From the NCBI GenBank assembly GCA_963788205.1, contig CAWBGG010000004.1:14166-78165 (forward strand): a stretch of DNA of 64,000 nt. Direction: 5' to 3'. This stretch comes from an uncultured delta proteobacterium (GTDB taxonomy: Bacteria; Desulfobacterota; Binatia; Binatales; Binataceae). The position numbers and the translations under genes are program-made. Positions 1 to 9,083 of the stretch are shown in pieces (the stretch's first letter is position 1; each line of letters opens with the position of its first letter). The notes beneath the pieces are model-generated. The model saw only the letters and a list, made by a program, of their open reading frames with translations, searched no databases and was not told the origin of the DNA.

Positions 1-1
1 T

Positions 2-196
2 CTGAGCACACTCATCATCGTCACGGGCGCCTATCTTCTCCTCCAAGGTCGTAATATTGCTGGGTTTGCGCTCATTGGTGGAGACGCGGCCACTCTTGTG
101 GGCATGTTCCTTTACGGACGCCAAGCGCAGGGGAAGGAACGCGAAGGCAAAAAAAACCAAATGCCCAAAGCTAACTTTCCCGACGAAGCCAAATAA
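2..196 (+). CDS. C-terminal end of a membrane protein (partial, gene starts upstream of the window)
   Basis: Frame is open from the window edge to TAA at 194-196. It reads LSTLIIVTGAYLLLQGRNIAGFALIGGDAATLVGMFLYG... (hydrophobic helices, basic tail). Absent from the ORF track because it has no start codon. GC lower than neighbours. Confidence 0.3.
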   Translation: MSTLIIVTGAYLLLQGRNIAGFALIGGDAATLVGMFLYGRQAQGKEREGKKNQMPKANFPDEAK

Positions 197-296
197 GTGT
201 CATAATTTCCCTCCCCGGTTGCCCTGATTCAGACAGCACCCAGCCTTCTCACCCGGCGCGCGGGGACGGCTGGACTGGTAGACTGTTCCCGCGAGC

Positions 297-1634
297 ATGT
301 CTCCGGAAAAAGAGCATAAGGCGCTGCACATCGTGCGGCGCCTTCATGAGGGGGGCTTCAAGGCTTACTTGGCTGGCGGATGCGTGCGCGATCGGATGCT
401 GGGCGTGGAGGCCAAGGACTACGATATCGCGACCGACGCCCGCCCCGAAGTGGTGCAGGACCTGTTCGACGAAACGATCGCGGTCGGCGCGCGCTTCGGC
501 GTGATCGTCGTGCTGAGCGGCAGCGATCAGTTCGAAGTCGCGACCTTCCGCGCCGACGCGCCCTACACCGACGGCCGCCATCCCTCCGCGGTCCGCTTCG
601 GCACGATCGAGGAGGATGCGCTCCGGCGCGATTTCACGATCGGCGGGATGTACTTCGATCCCCTCACCGATAGGGTGATCGATCTGGTCGGCGGGATGCG
701 TGATCTGCGCGCCGGCCTGATTCGCGCGATCGGCGACCCCTACGAGCGCTTCGACGAGGATCGGCTGCGAATTCTGCGCGCGGTGCGCTTTGCTGCGCGG
801 TTGGATTTCGCGATCGACCCGGCGACTTGGACCGCGATCAAGCGCACCGCCGCGTCGATTACCGCGATCGCGGCCGAGCGGATCGGCGAAGAGCTGGTGA
901 TGATCATGACTGAGGGCGGTGCGTCGCGCGGGCTGGATCAGATGCTCGAGAGTGGCCTGATGCAGGCGCTGCTGCCCGAAGTGGCCGCGATGGTTGGATG
1001 CGCGCAGCCCGAGAATTTCCATCCCGAGGGCGATGTCTACGTCCACACCCGGCTGGCGGTCGCGATGCTCGAACCAGGATGCTCCGAGACGCTCGCTTTC
1101 GGCGTGCTGTTTCACGATATCGCCAAGCCTCCGTGCCGCGCGATCACCAACGGCAAGGTGACGTTCTATGGCCATACCGAGCGCGGCGGCGAGATGGCCG
1201 CCGAGATCATGCGGCGGCTTAAGCGCTCGCGTTTCGTGCAGGAGCGCGTCGCGTACCTGGTGCACGATCATCTGCGGCTTTGCATGGCGCCCCGGATGAG
1301 GCCCGCCACGCTCAAGCGGATGCTCGCGGAAGACGGCTTCGACGAGTTGCTGGAGCTGGCGCGGATGGACGCGATGGCCTCGAACTCGTACCTCGGCTAC
1401 TACCATTTCTGCCGCCGCGCGCGCGCGCGTTTTTCCGCCGAGGAGATCCGGCCGCCGCGGCTGATCAACGGCGACGATTTGATCGCGCTGGGCTTCAGGC
1501 CTGGTCCGCCTTTCAAGGCGATCCTGCGCGAGGTCGAAGATCTCCAGCTCGACGGCGCTCTGGCCAGCCGCGAGCAGGCGCTGGATTACGTGCGCACACA
1601 TCATGTGCCGACCCATCCGTCTTCCACCGGCTGA
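297..1634 (+). CDS. cca: CCA-adding tRNA nucleotidyltransferase (poly(A) polymerase head domain plus HD domain)
   Basis: 445-aa ORF. N-terminal GGCVRDRMLG...DYDIAT nucleotidyltransferase motif; later HD-type FHDIAKP...GH motif. Confidence 0.85.
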   Translation: MSPEKEHKALHIVRRLHEGGFKAYLAGGCVRDRMLGVEAKDYDIATDARPEVVQDLFDETIAVGARFGVIVVLSGSDQFEVATFRADAPYTDGRHPSAVRFGTIEEDALRRDFTIGGMYFDPLTDRVIDLVGGMRDLRAGLIRAIGDPYERFDEDRLRILRAVRFAARLDFAIDPATWTAIKRTAASITAIAAERIGEELVMIMTEGGASRGLDQMLESGLMQALLPEVAAMVGCAQPENFHPEGDVYVHTRLAVAMLEPGCSETLAFGVLFHDIAKPPCRAITNGKVTFYGHTERGGEMAAEIMRRLKRSRFVQERVAYLVHDHLRLCMAPRMRPATLKRMLAEDGFDELLELARMDAMASNSYLGYYHFCRRARARFSAEEIRPPRLINGDDLIALGFRPGPPFKAILREVEDLQLDGALASREQALDYVRTHHVPTHPSSTG

Positions 1635-1655
1635 CCGACTTGAATTGCTGCTGAT

Positions 1656-3128
1656 TTGCTGACCGCCAGCCGAATATCCAAACGCTTCGGGCGCACGCTC
1701 GCGCTCGACGGTGTCGATTTCGAGGCCCGGCCCGGCGAGATTCACGTTCTGCTCGGCGAGAACGGCGCCGGCAAGACTACGCTTGCCAACGTGCTGGCCG
1801 GCCGCTTGCGCCCCGACGCAGGCGCCGTCGCGCTCGATGGCCGTCCGCTCCGTGCCGGCTCGCCCGGCAGCGCGCTCAAGGCTGGAATCGCCGCGGTTCA
1901 TCAAAGCTCGATGCTCTTCGAGCGCTTTAGCTGGGAGGAAAATCTGGCGCTGGGCGGGTTCTGCGCTGATTCGCGCCGGCTCGATTTGGAGCTGACGGCG
2001 GCGCGCGCCGCCGCGCTGGCCGCGAAGATCGGCTTCGGCCTGCCGGCACGCGGCAGCACCGTCGAGCAACGCTCGGTCGCCGAGCGGGTGCGGCTGGAAG
2101 TGTTGCGCGCGCTGAGCTTCAATCCCCGCGTGTTGATTCTCGACGAGCCGACCGGAGCGCTGGCACCGACCGAGGTCGCGCCGTTCCTTGATTCGCTGCG
2201 CCGCCTGCGCGACGAGGGCCGAATCGTAATTTTGATCACGCACAAGCTGGCCGAGGCGCTGTCGGTCGCCGACCGAATCACTGTGATGCGGCAGGGGCGG
2301 GTGGTGACGACTCGCGAAGCGGCAGGCGCCGCTGTCGCGGAACTGGCGCGCCTGATGGTCGGCGAGCTGGCGGCCGACGAAGCACGCGCCACTCATGCGA
2401 CGGGCGACATCGCGCTTGCGATTCACGATCTCACGCTTGACCACGACGGCCGGCGTATCCTTGACGGCGTGAGCTTCGCGGTTCGGCGCGGCGAGATCGC
2501 CGGGATCGCGGGAGTCGACGGTAACGGCCAGACCGAATTGGTGGAGATTCTGGCAGGCGCGCGGCGCGCCACTGCGGGCCGCGTGGCGCTGTCCGACGCG
2601 CGCGCCGGCGAAACCGCCCCGATCGCGGTGATCCCGCAGAATCGCGACCTCGACGGGTTGATCCTCGCGATGGCGCTGTGGGAAAACCTGCTGCTCGCGC
2701 GCCCGATCCGCCGCCGTCTGGTGCGGCGCGGATGGCTTGACCGGCGCGGTGCGCTCGACCTTTGCCGCGATCTTATCGCGCGCTTTCGGATTCGCGCGGC
2801 CGGTCCCGAAGTCACCGCCGCGTCCCTCTCGGGCGGGAATCGCCAGCGCCTGGGAGTGGCGCGCGCGCTGGCTACCCAGCCGCGCGTGCTGGTAGCGCAT
2901 GACGTATGCCGCGGGCTCGACTTGGCCGCTGCCGCAGAGGTCCATCGCACGCTGGTGAGATTCGCCGCGGCCGGCGGCGCCGTGATGCTGCTTTCCAGCG
3001 ACCTCGATGAGTTGCTCGAGCTGAGCGATCGGCTCGCGGTGCTGAGCCGCGGCCGCCTGCGCGAAGTCGAGCCCGCAGAGCGCAACCCGGAACGGCTCGG
3101 GATGCTGATCGCAGGCGCGTGGGATTGA
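1656..3128 (+). CDS. ABC transporter ATP-binding protein with two fused nucleotide-binding domains (sugar/nucleoside uptake type)
   Basis: 490-aa ORF with TTG start. Walker A GENGAGKTT, signature-like LSGGNRQR, Walker B ILDEPT / LVAHD. Followed by two permease genes. Confidence 0.9.
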   Translation: MLTASRISKRFGRTLALDGVDFEARPGEIHVLLGENGAGKTTLANVLAGRLRPDAGAVALDGRPLRAGSPGSALKAGIAAVHQSSMLFERFSWEENLALGGFCADSRRLDLELTAARAAALAAKIGFGLPARGSTVEQRSVAERVRLEVLRALSFNPRVLILDEPTGALAPTEVAPFLDSLRRLRDEGRIVILITHKLAEALSVADRITVMRQGRVVTTREAAGAAVAELARLMVGELAADEARATHATGDIALAIHDLTLDHDGRRILDGVSFAVRRGEIAGIAGVDGNGQTELVEILAGARRATAGRVALSDARAGETAPIAVIPQNRDLDGLILAMALWENLLLARPIRRRLVRRGWLDRRGALDLCRDLIARFRIRAAGPEVTAASLSGGNRQRLGVARALATQPRVLVAHDVCRGLDLAAAAEVHRTLVRFAAAGGAVMLLSSDLDELLELSDRLAVLSRGRLREVEPAERNPERLGMLIAGAWD

Positions 3129-3135
3129 TAGCCGC

Positions 3136-4212
3136 ATGCTCGCCGCATTGCTGAAGCCGCTCGCCGCGCTGGCATTGGCCGCCGCGCTCATCTCGATCGT
3201 CCTCTTGGCGCTGGGCGCATCGCCGCTTGGGGTGTTCGCCGCGCTGGCCACCGGCGCTTTCGGCAACTGGCTGGCGTGCACCGACACGATCGTGAAGGCC
3301 ACGCCGCTGGTTTTCACGGGGCTGGCCGTCGCGCTCGCCTTTCAGGGCGCGATGTGGAATATCGGCGCCGACGGCCAACTCACGATCGGCGCGCTGCTGG
3401 CGGGCGCGGTCGGCCCGTATCTGGGCGGCTTGCCCCATCCGATCGCGATCGTGTCGATCCTCGCCGCCGGCGCGATCGGCGGCGCGGCGTGGGGCGGAGT
3501 CTGCGGATGGCTCCGCGCGCGCCGCGACGTTAACGAAGTGATCAGCACGATCATGCTCAACTTCGTCGCCGCGCAGTTGCTGAGCTGGGCGGTGCACGGC
3601 CCGCTGATGGAAGCCTCGCGCGCTTATCCCGCGAGCACGCCGATCGCCTCGAACGCGCAGTTAAGCCTCTTCTTCGAGCCGAGTCGGCTCAACCTCGGGA
3701 TGCTGCTGGCGGTCGCGCTGGCGCTCGGATGCAGCGCGCTGTTGTTTCGCACCGGGTTCGGATTCGAATTGCGCGCGGTCGGCCTCAATCGCCGTGCGAG
3801 CGCGTTTTTCGGCATCCCAATCGCGCGGCTCACCACGCTGGTGATGGCGCTCAGCGGCGCGCTGGCGGGCCTCGGCGGCGCGGTGCAAATCGCTGCGATT
3901 ACCCATCGGCTCTACGAGAAGGTTTCGCCTGGATGGGGCTACGAGGCGATCGCCGTGGCGCTGCTCGCCCGTCTGAGCCCCTCGGGTCTGCTGCTGACCG
4001 CGCTGCTGTTCGGAGCACTCGACAACGGTTCGCAGGCGATGCAACGCGCAGAGGGCGTGTCGCCGGTGCTGGTCCAAGTGATCCAGGGGATGGTGATCCT
4101 GATCCTGCTCGCCTTCGACACCACGACATTTTCCCGGCTGAGCGCCGCGATCAGCATCCGGCGCGCCGCAGATGTCCCCGAACGGCCGGCCGCGCAAGGT
4201 TCAGATGCTTGA
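3136..4212 (+). CDS. ABC transporter permease
   Basis: 358-aa polytopic hydrophobic ORF directly after the ATPase gene. Typical of a BMP/ribose-type permease. Confidence 0.85.
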   Translation: MLAALLKPLAALALAAALISIVLLALGASPLGVFAALATGAFGNWLACTDTIVKATPLVFTGLAVALAFQGAMWNIGADGQLTIGALLAGAVGPYLGGLPHPIAIVSILAAGAIGGAAWGGVCGWLRARRDVNEVISTIMLNFVAAQLLSWAVHGPLMEASRAYPASTPIASNAQLSLFFEPSRLNLGMLLAVALALGCSALLFRTGFGFELRAVGLNRRASAFFGIPIARLTTLVMALSGALAGLGGAVQIAAITHRLYEKVSPGWGYEAIAVALLARLSPSGLLLTALLFGALDNGSQAMQRAEGVSPVLVQVIQGMVILILLAFDTTTFSRLSAAISIRRAADVPERPAAQGSDA

Positions 4213-5116
4213 CGCATTCCTCACCGCGACGATCAGCATGGCCACACCGATTCTGCTCGCGGCGCTCGGAGAGTTGCTGGTCGAAGAGAGCGGCGTGCTG
4301 AATATCGGAATCGAGGGCGCGATGCTGTGCGGGGCTTTCGCGGCGCTCGCCACCGCGTGGTTCAGCGGCAGCGTGGCGGCGGGAATCCTGGCCGGAATCG
4401 CCGCCGGGGTTGCGATCAATGGGACGCTAGCGGTGTTGGCCGTGAACTTGGGCGCGAACCAAGTCGTGGCGGGCACCGCGCTTGATATCCTCGCGCTGGG
4501 AATCACGGGCGTCTTCTATCGCCGGATGTTCGGGGCCACGGGCCGGGCCTTTACGGTGCATGCGCTCGGGCCGCTGCCGCTGGGGTCGCTCGCTAAAATC
4601 CCGCTGCTGGGAGCCGCGCTGTTTAGCCACAACGTAATCGTCTACGCGGCTTTCGCGATGGTGCCGGTGATCGCCTGGATACTGTCGCGGACGCGCTATG
4701 GGCTGGAGCTGCGCGCGGCTGGCGAGAGCCCGCAAGCCGCCGACGCGCTTGGACTGGGGGTTGCGCGCCTGCGATGGCACGCGCTGCTGGCGTCGGGCGT
4801 GCTCAGCGGGCTCAGCGGCGCCTACCTGACGCTCGCCTATGCGAACACTTTTGTAGAGGGAATTTCGGCCGGGCGCGGGTTCGTCGCGCTGGCGGTCGTG
4901 ATCCTGGGGCGCTGGAATCCGTGGGGCCTGGCGGCGGCATCGATCCTGTTCGGCGCCGCGATGGCGCTCCAGTTCGCGCTGCAGGCGCTCGGTACCGCGG
5001 TGCCGTATCAGCTCTTCCTCGCGCTGCCCTACGCGCTCACGCTGCTGGTGCTCGCCGGCGTCGGCGGCCAAGCCCAAGCGCCCAGCGCGCTAGGAGAGCC
5101 GTACGTCAGATCGTGA
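4205..5116 (+). CDS. ABC transporter permease (second subunit)
   Basis: ORF track frame 4172-5116. ATG at 4205 (MLDAFLTATISMATPILLAALGELL) overlaps the upstream stop by 8 nt (ATGCTTGA), so it is the likelier start. Polytopic. Confidence 0.8.
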   Translation: MLDAFLTATISMATPILLAALGELLVEESGVLNIGIEGAMLCGAFAALATAWFSGSVAAGILAGIAAGVAINGTLAVLAVNLGANQVVAGTALDILALGITGVFYRRMFGATGRAFTVHALGPLPLGSLAKIPLLGAALFSHNVIVYAAFAMVPVIAWILSRTRYGLELRAAGESPQAADALGLGVARLRWHALLASGVLSGLSGAYLTLAYANTFVEGISAGRGFVALAVVILGRWNPWGLAAASILFGAAMALQFALQALGTAVPYQLFLALPYALTLLVLAGVGGQAQAPSALGEPYVRS

Positions 5117-5133
5117 TGACGCCCGACCGGAGG

Positions 5134-5234
5134 GTAGTGGGCGCTTTTGAAGTCGGATGGCCGGCAGGGACGCCGGCCACTACCTCTAGATGGAGTCTCC
5201 TACATTTTGTAGGGGCCAGCCTCCGTGCCGGCCC
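5134..5234. repeat. REP-like palindromic elements in the ABC-operon / IS intergenic region
   Basis: Outer stem GGTAGTGG (5134-) / CCACTACC (5178-) encloses CCGGCAGGGACGCCGG (5161-5176). It is followed by TGTAGGGGCCAGCCTCCGTGCCGGCCC (5208-5234), a GTAG-headed GC hairpin of the type seen at 22294, 57197 and 57799. Confidence 0.55.
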
Positions 5235-5355
5235 GTTGCCAACACCACTACCGACCGCAGGGTGCTGTCCTAGTTGTCCTAATTCGGGCAACAATATACT
5301 TGCCTAACCCCGACCCGATGGGGTATGGTTCGAGCAGAACGGGAGGGCCGGTAGA

Positions 5356-6222
5356 ATGGCCTTCCGAAAATACCATGCGGCGGACAGCGAGAACCTGCTT
5401 GAAGGCTGGCACGCAATGGCGCGCCATACGATCTTCCAAGCGCAGGAGGGCATCCGGCTAACAATGTCACTCCACGCATATTTCGATGAGAGTGGCAAAT
5501 GGCACGATGGAAACGGCTTCATCTGCCTCTGTGGCTATTTGTCAGACGATAAAGGTTGGGGCGAGTTTAACGATCGTTGGAATGAGTTGCTCCAAAAGCA
5601 TCAATTCATGTTCATTCACATGACCGAGTTTTCTTCTGAATGCCATAAACGAAACTGGAGCCAAGAAAAGACCGCCGAGGTGCTGGTCGAATTCATTGAT
5701 GCAATTCGCACTCAGATGATTGCTGGCTTCGCAATCGGCATAGACGGTCCTTATTTCCGAAGAAAATATGAATTGATAGGCAAGCCGAATGCAGACCCGG
5801 CGCTGTTTGCTATCGAACGAATCCTCGGTTCGATGAACGATGCCTGCAAACGGTGGATCGGAGACAGAACAGCACGCATGTTCCTTATGTTCGATGAAGA
5901 TGAGGAATACTCGATTCAATGTTACAGGAAAATCTCACGCCTGCGTAAAATTCGGCCAGATGTCAAAAAGCTGATTGGCGCGATTGCATTTGGCGACGAC
6001 GAATACCTCTCGCCACTTCAGGCTGCGGATATTCTCGCCAACCTTACAACACGGTACATGCGCGAGAAGATAAAGACCGGCAAAGACGAGATGGGCGCGT
6101 TGCTTACCCGCCTTCTGTCGGCCCCTGAGCCCGGCTACGGAATAATGTGGAAACCCGAACTGTGGGATGCCGCAGGCATAGACGCGAATTGGGATCAACT
6201 TAAGCGCGTGAACTTATGGTGA
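5356..6222 (+). CDS. DUF3800-like protein (cargo of the outer IS)
   Basis: 288-aa ORF. GGGAGG lies 8 nt upstream of ATG 5356; an alternative start is ATG 5464. YFDESGKW near the N-terminus and FIHMTEF fit my recollection of the DUF3800 pattern. Confidence 0.6.
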   Translation: MAFRKYHAADSENLLEGWHAMARHTIFQAQEGIRLTMSLHAYFDESGKWHDGNGFICLCGYLSDDKGWGEFNDRWNELLQKHQFMFIHMTEFSSECHKRNWSQEKTAEVLVEFIDAIRTQMIAGFAIGIDGPYFRRKYELIGKPNADPALFAIERILGSMNDACKRWIGDRTARMFLMFDEDEEYSIQCYRKISRLRKIRPDVKKLIGAIAFGDDEYLSPLQAADILANLTTRYMREKIKTGKDEMGALLTRLLSAPEPGYGIMWKPELWDAAGIDANWDQLKRVNLW

Positions 6223-6357
6223 GAGCGTTCACTTAATGGGAAGCAATTAGGGTGCGCCTTATCCACGTGCTCAAACAAACTCTCTCGATCCATCCGGGGG
6301 AACGTTCTGCAAAGGGGACATAGGAAACAGTCGCCAACGTAGGCGATTATGGGGGGC

Positions 6358-6387
6358 TTGACGGATGGGGACCGGGTCGTTTAGAAT
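6358..6387 (+). promoter_or_regulatory. Inward-facing sigma70-like promoter inside the left IR of the inner IS
   Basis: TTGACG (6358-6363), 18-nt spacer, TAGAAT (6382-6387). ATG codons at 6386 and 6395 follow immediately, so the cargo mRNA may be leaderless. Confidence 0.35.
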
Positions 6388-7039
6388 GCCGCACATGGCC
6401 GAGTTGTTGCAATGGCTCAAGGCAGTCCGAAAGCATTGGGTGCAAGAATTGATCGGCGGCGTTTTAATAGGACTGCTTGCGGTCTATTCCGAAATGAGCG
6501 GAACGGTGGTTGCGCCCCGTGTGTATGAGTACGCCGCCGGTTTGTTGCTCTTCTACGCGATGTTTTTGGCTTGGCGCGACGAATACCGAAAGCGCCTAAG
6601 CTTGGAGGCTGAAGGCGCACTATCCACCCCTCCGTCGTTGCTGCCGACACTCGTCGCAACAATTCAAGGCATTGAATTCGAGAATGGTCCTGCGTATGGG
6701 AAAGTGGATTACTGGCCGTCCAATTGCAACCTTGCCCTATCTGTACGCCTTAGGAATCCGACCGATGGCATACCGAGCATGGCTACCGAATGGGGAATTG
6801 AGCATCGGGGAAAACTCATCTGTGGCAAGGTTGAGATCGACATAGAACCGGGCCGCTCAGTTGCTATGGCTCTCCTGCCCGCCGGACTTAAGATATATGG
6901 GACAATCAGCTTTCGCCTCAAGCCTGAAATGCTCGCGTTATTGCAAGACTTGGACTGGCAGGTTCGATTCAAGGATTCCGCTGACAGGCTTCACTACGCA
7001 GAGTTTCCCACATTGCTAAGACAGGACGGCAAGCAATGA
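6365..7039 (+). CDS. Hypothetical membrane-anchored protein (cargo of the inner IS)
   Basis: 224-aa ORF; in-frame ATGs at 6386 and 6395 are likelier starts. Two N-terminal hydrophobic helices (LIGGVLIGLLAVY, AAGLLLFYAMFLAW) followed by a ~140-aa soluble domain. I recognise no family. Confidence 0.5.
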   Translation: MGTGSFRMPHMAELLQWLKAVRKHWVQELIGGVLIGLLAVYSEMSGTVVAPRVYEYAAGLLLFYAMFLAWRDEYRKRLSLEAEGALSTPPSLLPTLVATIQGIEFENGPAYGKVDYWPSNCNLALSVRLRNPTDGIPSMATEWGIEHRGKLICGKVEIDIEPGRSVAMALLPAGLKIYGTISFRLKPEMLALLQDLDWQVRFKDSADRLHYAEFPTLLRQDGKQ

Positions 7040-7050
7040 TCCGCGCCAGA

Positions 7051-7479
7051 TCACTGCTCAGCATCGCCCATGCATCCGGTGAGCGCAGCGGCAGCGGCCT
7101 TATCCGGCGTCAGGCTATCGTCGCCGTAGATTATGGTTATCAATCCCTCCACCATGTCCTTCTGTCCGGGCGGGAGCTTGGTTCCGGCCATCGTGGCCCT
7201 GATCTCATCCGAAGTCACGCCCTCATCGCGCTTTTCGGCAATGGTCCGCGCCAGGTTCGCCACGATATTGCAACTGGCCAGCTTATCCGATTTCCCAGCC
7301 AGAGCGGTCAAGGGATAAAGCAGCAGCGCAACGATCAGAGCCACAACCGCCTTAGCGTTGCACCGTTTGGCCGCGCGCCGCTTCATCGCCCGGTAGTGCG
7401 GATGCGTCTTGAAATGATATTCAGCGCAGGGGCGACAGTAGAACATCACGATCTTTTGCGCGTATCGGCTCTTAGACAT
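7051..7479 (-). CDS. Hypothetical Cys/His-motif protein with one TM helix (cargo of the inner IS)
   Basis: 142-aa ORF directly downstream of the transposase gene. N-terminal CRPCAEYHFKTHPH, then TM helix AVVALIVALLLYPLTALA, then a helical C-terminal domain. Confidence 0.45.
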   Translation of the reverse strand: MSKSRYAQKIVMFYCRPCAEYHFKTHPHYRAMKRRAAKRCNAKAVVALIVALLLYPLTALAGKSDKLASCNIVANLARTIAEKRDEGVTSDEIRATMAGTKLPPGQKDMVEGLITIIYGDDSLTPDKAAAAALTGCMGDAEQ

Positions 7480-7563
7480 AGCGCCTCGCCTTCGGGAATT
7501 GCAGGCTTAGTTGCGCGGGCCGTCTGGATGCGTGATGCAGAAGCATCCGCCAGTTCGGACGCT

Positions 7564-8451
7564 TCAGCATCCTGCTATCGCCTCGCCGAAGATGTCGGGG
7601 TTTTTGCGATTGTTATGGCGGAATTGGAATTCCGCGAGGTACAGCGGCAGGTATTTCTTGCTGACGTGATGAAAGGTGCCGATGACTCCGCGCTTAAGCA
7701 GCGACCAGAAATTCTCGATATTGTTGGTATGTACCTCGCCGCGTACATACTCGCCGACCGAATGACCGACTATCTTGTGCTTAAAGCCGAGCTTGTCCAA
7801 AGACGCATAGCCAAGAGCTTCATCGGTCGCGACCAGATCAACCTTGTCGCTCACAACCTTGCGCACGAACCGATTGAGCGTTGCAGCATCGGTCTGCTCG
7901 ATTACCTGACAGACTACGTTTCCCTTGCGCGCGATGGCTCCGATCACTGTCGCCTTCCCGCTCAGGCCGGTAATGTGCTGCTTCTTGTCCCAATGGCGGT
8001 TTTTGTCCTTGCCGCCGATGCCCGTCTCATCTACTTCAACGATCCCCATAAGCTGCTGGAAATCGGGATCGTACATCGCCGCGCGCAAGCGATGGCACAT
8101 GTACCACGCCGTGCGATAGTCGCCGCATCCGATCTGGCGTTGGATTTGAAGCGCGCTAACTCCCTTCTTGGAGTTGAGTATCTGCCAGAGAACTTCAAAC
8201 CACGTCTTGAGCGGGTAGTTCGTGTTCTCGAAAATGGTTCCCGCGATGATCGAGAACCGATAGGCGTTACCCTTGCGGCAGGCTTTGTTCGCGCACTCCC
8301 ATTTCCACGGCTGGGCGATCTTGTAAACCTTGTCCGGCGTGCCACAACGTGGGCATTTAACCCGCCCGTCCGGCCAGCGGCGCTCCTTCAGGAATTGCTT
8401 GCAGGCATCGTTCGTCGGGAAGGTTTCCATCAACTGTCTGAGCGTCATCAT
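7564..8451 (-). CDS. IS1595-family transposase (ISXO2-like DDE domain with N-terminal zinc ribbon)
   Basis: 295-aa ORF. RWPDGRVKCPRCG...WECANKACRK zinc ribbon, GVSALQIQRQIG HTH, VEVDETGIGG and NNIENFWSLLKRG motifs typical of the family. Confidence 0.9.
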   Translation of the reverse strand: MMTLRQLMETFPTNDACKQFLKERRWPDGRVKCPRCGTPDKVYKIAQPWKWECANKACRKGNAYRFSIIAGTIFENTNYPLKTWFEVLWQILNSKKGVSALQIQRQIGCGDYRTAWYMCHRLRAAMYDPDFQQLMGIVEVDETGIGGKDKNRHWDKKQHITGLSGKATVIGAIARKGNVVCQVIEQTDAATLNRFVRKVVSDKVDLVATDEALGYASLDKLGFKHKIVGHSVGEYVRGEVHTNNIENFWSLLKRGVIGTFHHVSKKYLPLYLAEFQFRHNNRKNPDIFGEAIAGC

Positions 8452-8458
8452 GAAATGA

Positions 8459-8487
8459 AATATAGCGCATTACCGTCTATCCGTCAA
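8459..8487 (-). promoter_or_regulatory. Transposase promoter inside the right IR of the inner IS
   Basis: Minus strand: TTGACG (8482-8487), 17-nt spacer, TATATT (8459-8464). The ATG at 8451 lies 7 nt after the -10, implying a leaderless or near-leaderless mRNA. Confidence 0.45.
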
Positions 8488-8567
8488 GCCCCCCATAATC
8501 GCCCCAACGTAGTCTAGCCGATCGCTGAGCAATGACAAAAGTAATAGCCTGTCTTTCTCTTCTTCCG

Positions 8568-8840
8568 TCACTGGCCGAGAACAATCCGGCTTCGCAAGAA
8601 GTTGTTAGCGTTACGGCTTGTCGAGTCAGCATGTGCCAAAGGGATTACGAACAGCCTAAGAGCCAAGAGAAAGAGAACAACGATGAAGGCGAGAACAAAA
8701 AGCGCATAGAGACAGCCGATTTGATTCGCCTGCAAGCATATGTTGCAGGGGCACTTGTTGGTGCCGCCAAACACTACCATTCGCGAGAATGGCGTATGGG
8801 CGTGAATTCCCGCGCGGCAGTCATCGCAAACGGTTGCCAT
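8568..8840 (-). CDS. Hypothetical small Cys-motif protein with one TM helix (cargo of the outer IS)
   Basis: 90-aa ORF. CDDC...CPCNIC motifs, then hydrophobic helix LYALFVLAFIVVLFLLALRLFVI. Same position and layout as 7051-7479 in the inner IS. Confidence 0.35.
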   Translation of the reverse strand: MATVCDDCRAGIHAHTPFSRMVVFGGTNKCPCNICLQANQIGCLYALFVLAFIVVLFLLALRLFVIPLAHADSTSRNANNFLRSRIVLGQ

Positions 8841-8853
8841 GCGTTCCCCTTCG

Positions 8854-9012
8854 CTAGCTCGCTCGTCGAGACCGCTTTGGCGTCTTGGCGCGCTTGCGTA
8901 CCTTACCGGTCTGTGCGGCCACTTCTTTTTTCGGGACCGCGATCAGCGCCTTCATTACCCGCTCGAACCGCTGGAAAGATGAGTGGGAACTGGGTTGGGC
9001 GTCTTTTGCCAT
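8854..9012 (-). CDS. Hypothetical small basic protein (52 aa)
   Basis: Hand-translated, below the ORF-track cutoff: MAKDAQPSSHSSFQRFERVMKALIAVPKKEVAAQTGKVRKRAKTPKRSRRAS, stop TAG at 8854-8856. Lies between the transposase and the 90-aa ORF. Confidence 0.25.
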   Translation of the reverse strand: MAKDAQPSSHSSFQRFERVMKALIAVPKKEVAAQTGKVRKRAKTPKRSRRAS

Positions 9013-9083
9013 GCCGCGATTTTACGCCCGGCTTGGCCGCAATTGGAAGCGTGCGCCCGCGCTTGCCCCGGTTCTGCCGACGC

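Larger units (their letters stand above)
6342..8503 (-). mobile_element. IS1595-family insertion sequence (inner element, 2162 bp) with two cargo genes, nested in the outer IS
   Basis: Perfect 23-bp terminal IRs: GGCGATTATGGGGGGCTTGACGG at 6342-6364 and its reverse complement at 8481-8503. 8-bp direct repeat CCAACGTA at 6334-6341 and 8504-8511. Transposase gene at 7564-8451. Confidence 0.9.

Noticed and set aside
249-3317. A 1022-aa ORF on the minus strand spanning cca and the ABC ATPase gene
   Set aside because: It is the antisense shadow of two well-supported plus-strand genes in high-GC DNA. The product is Arg/Ala/Gly/Pro-rich with no motifs. Long stop-free antisense frames are expected at this GC content.
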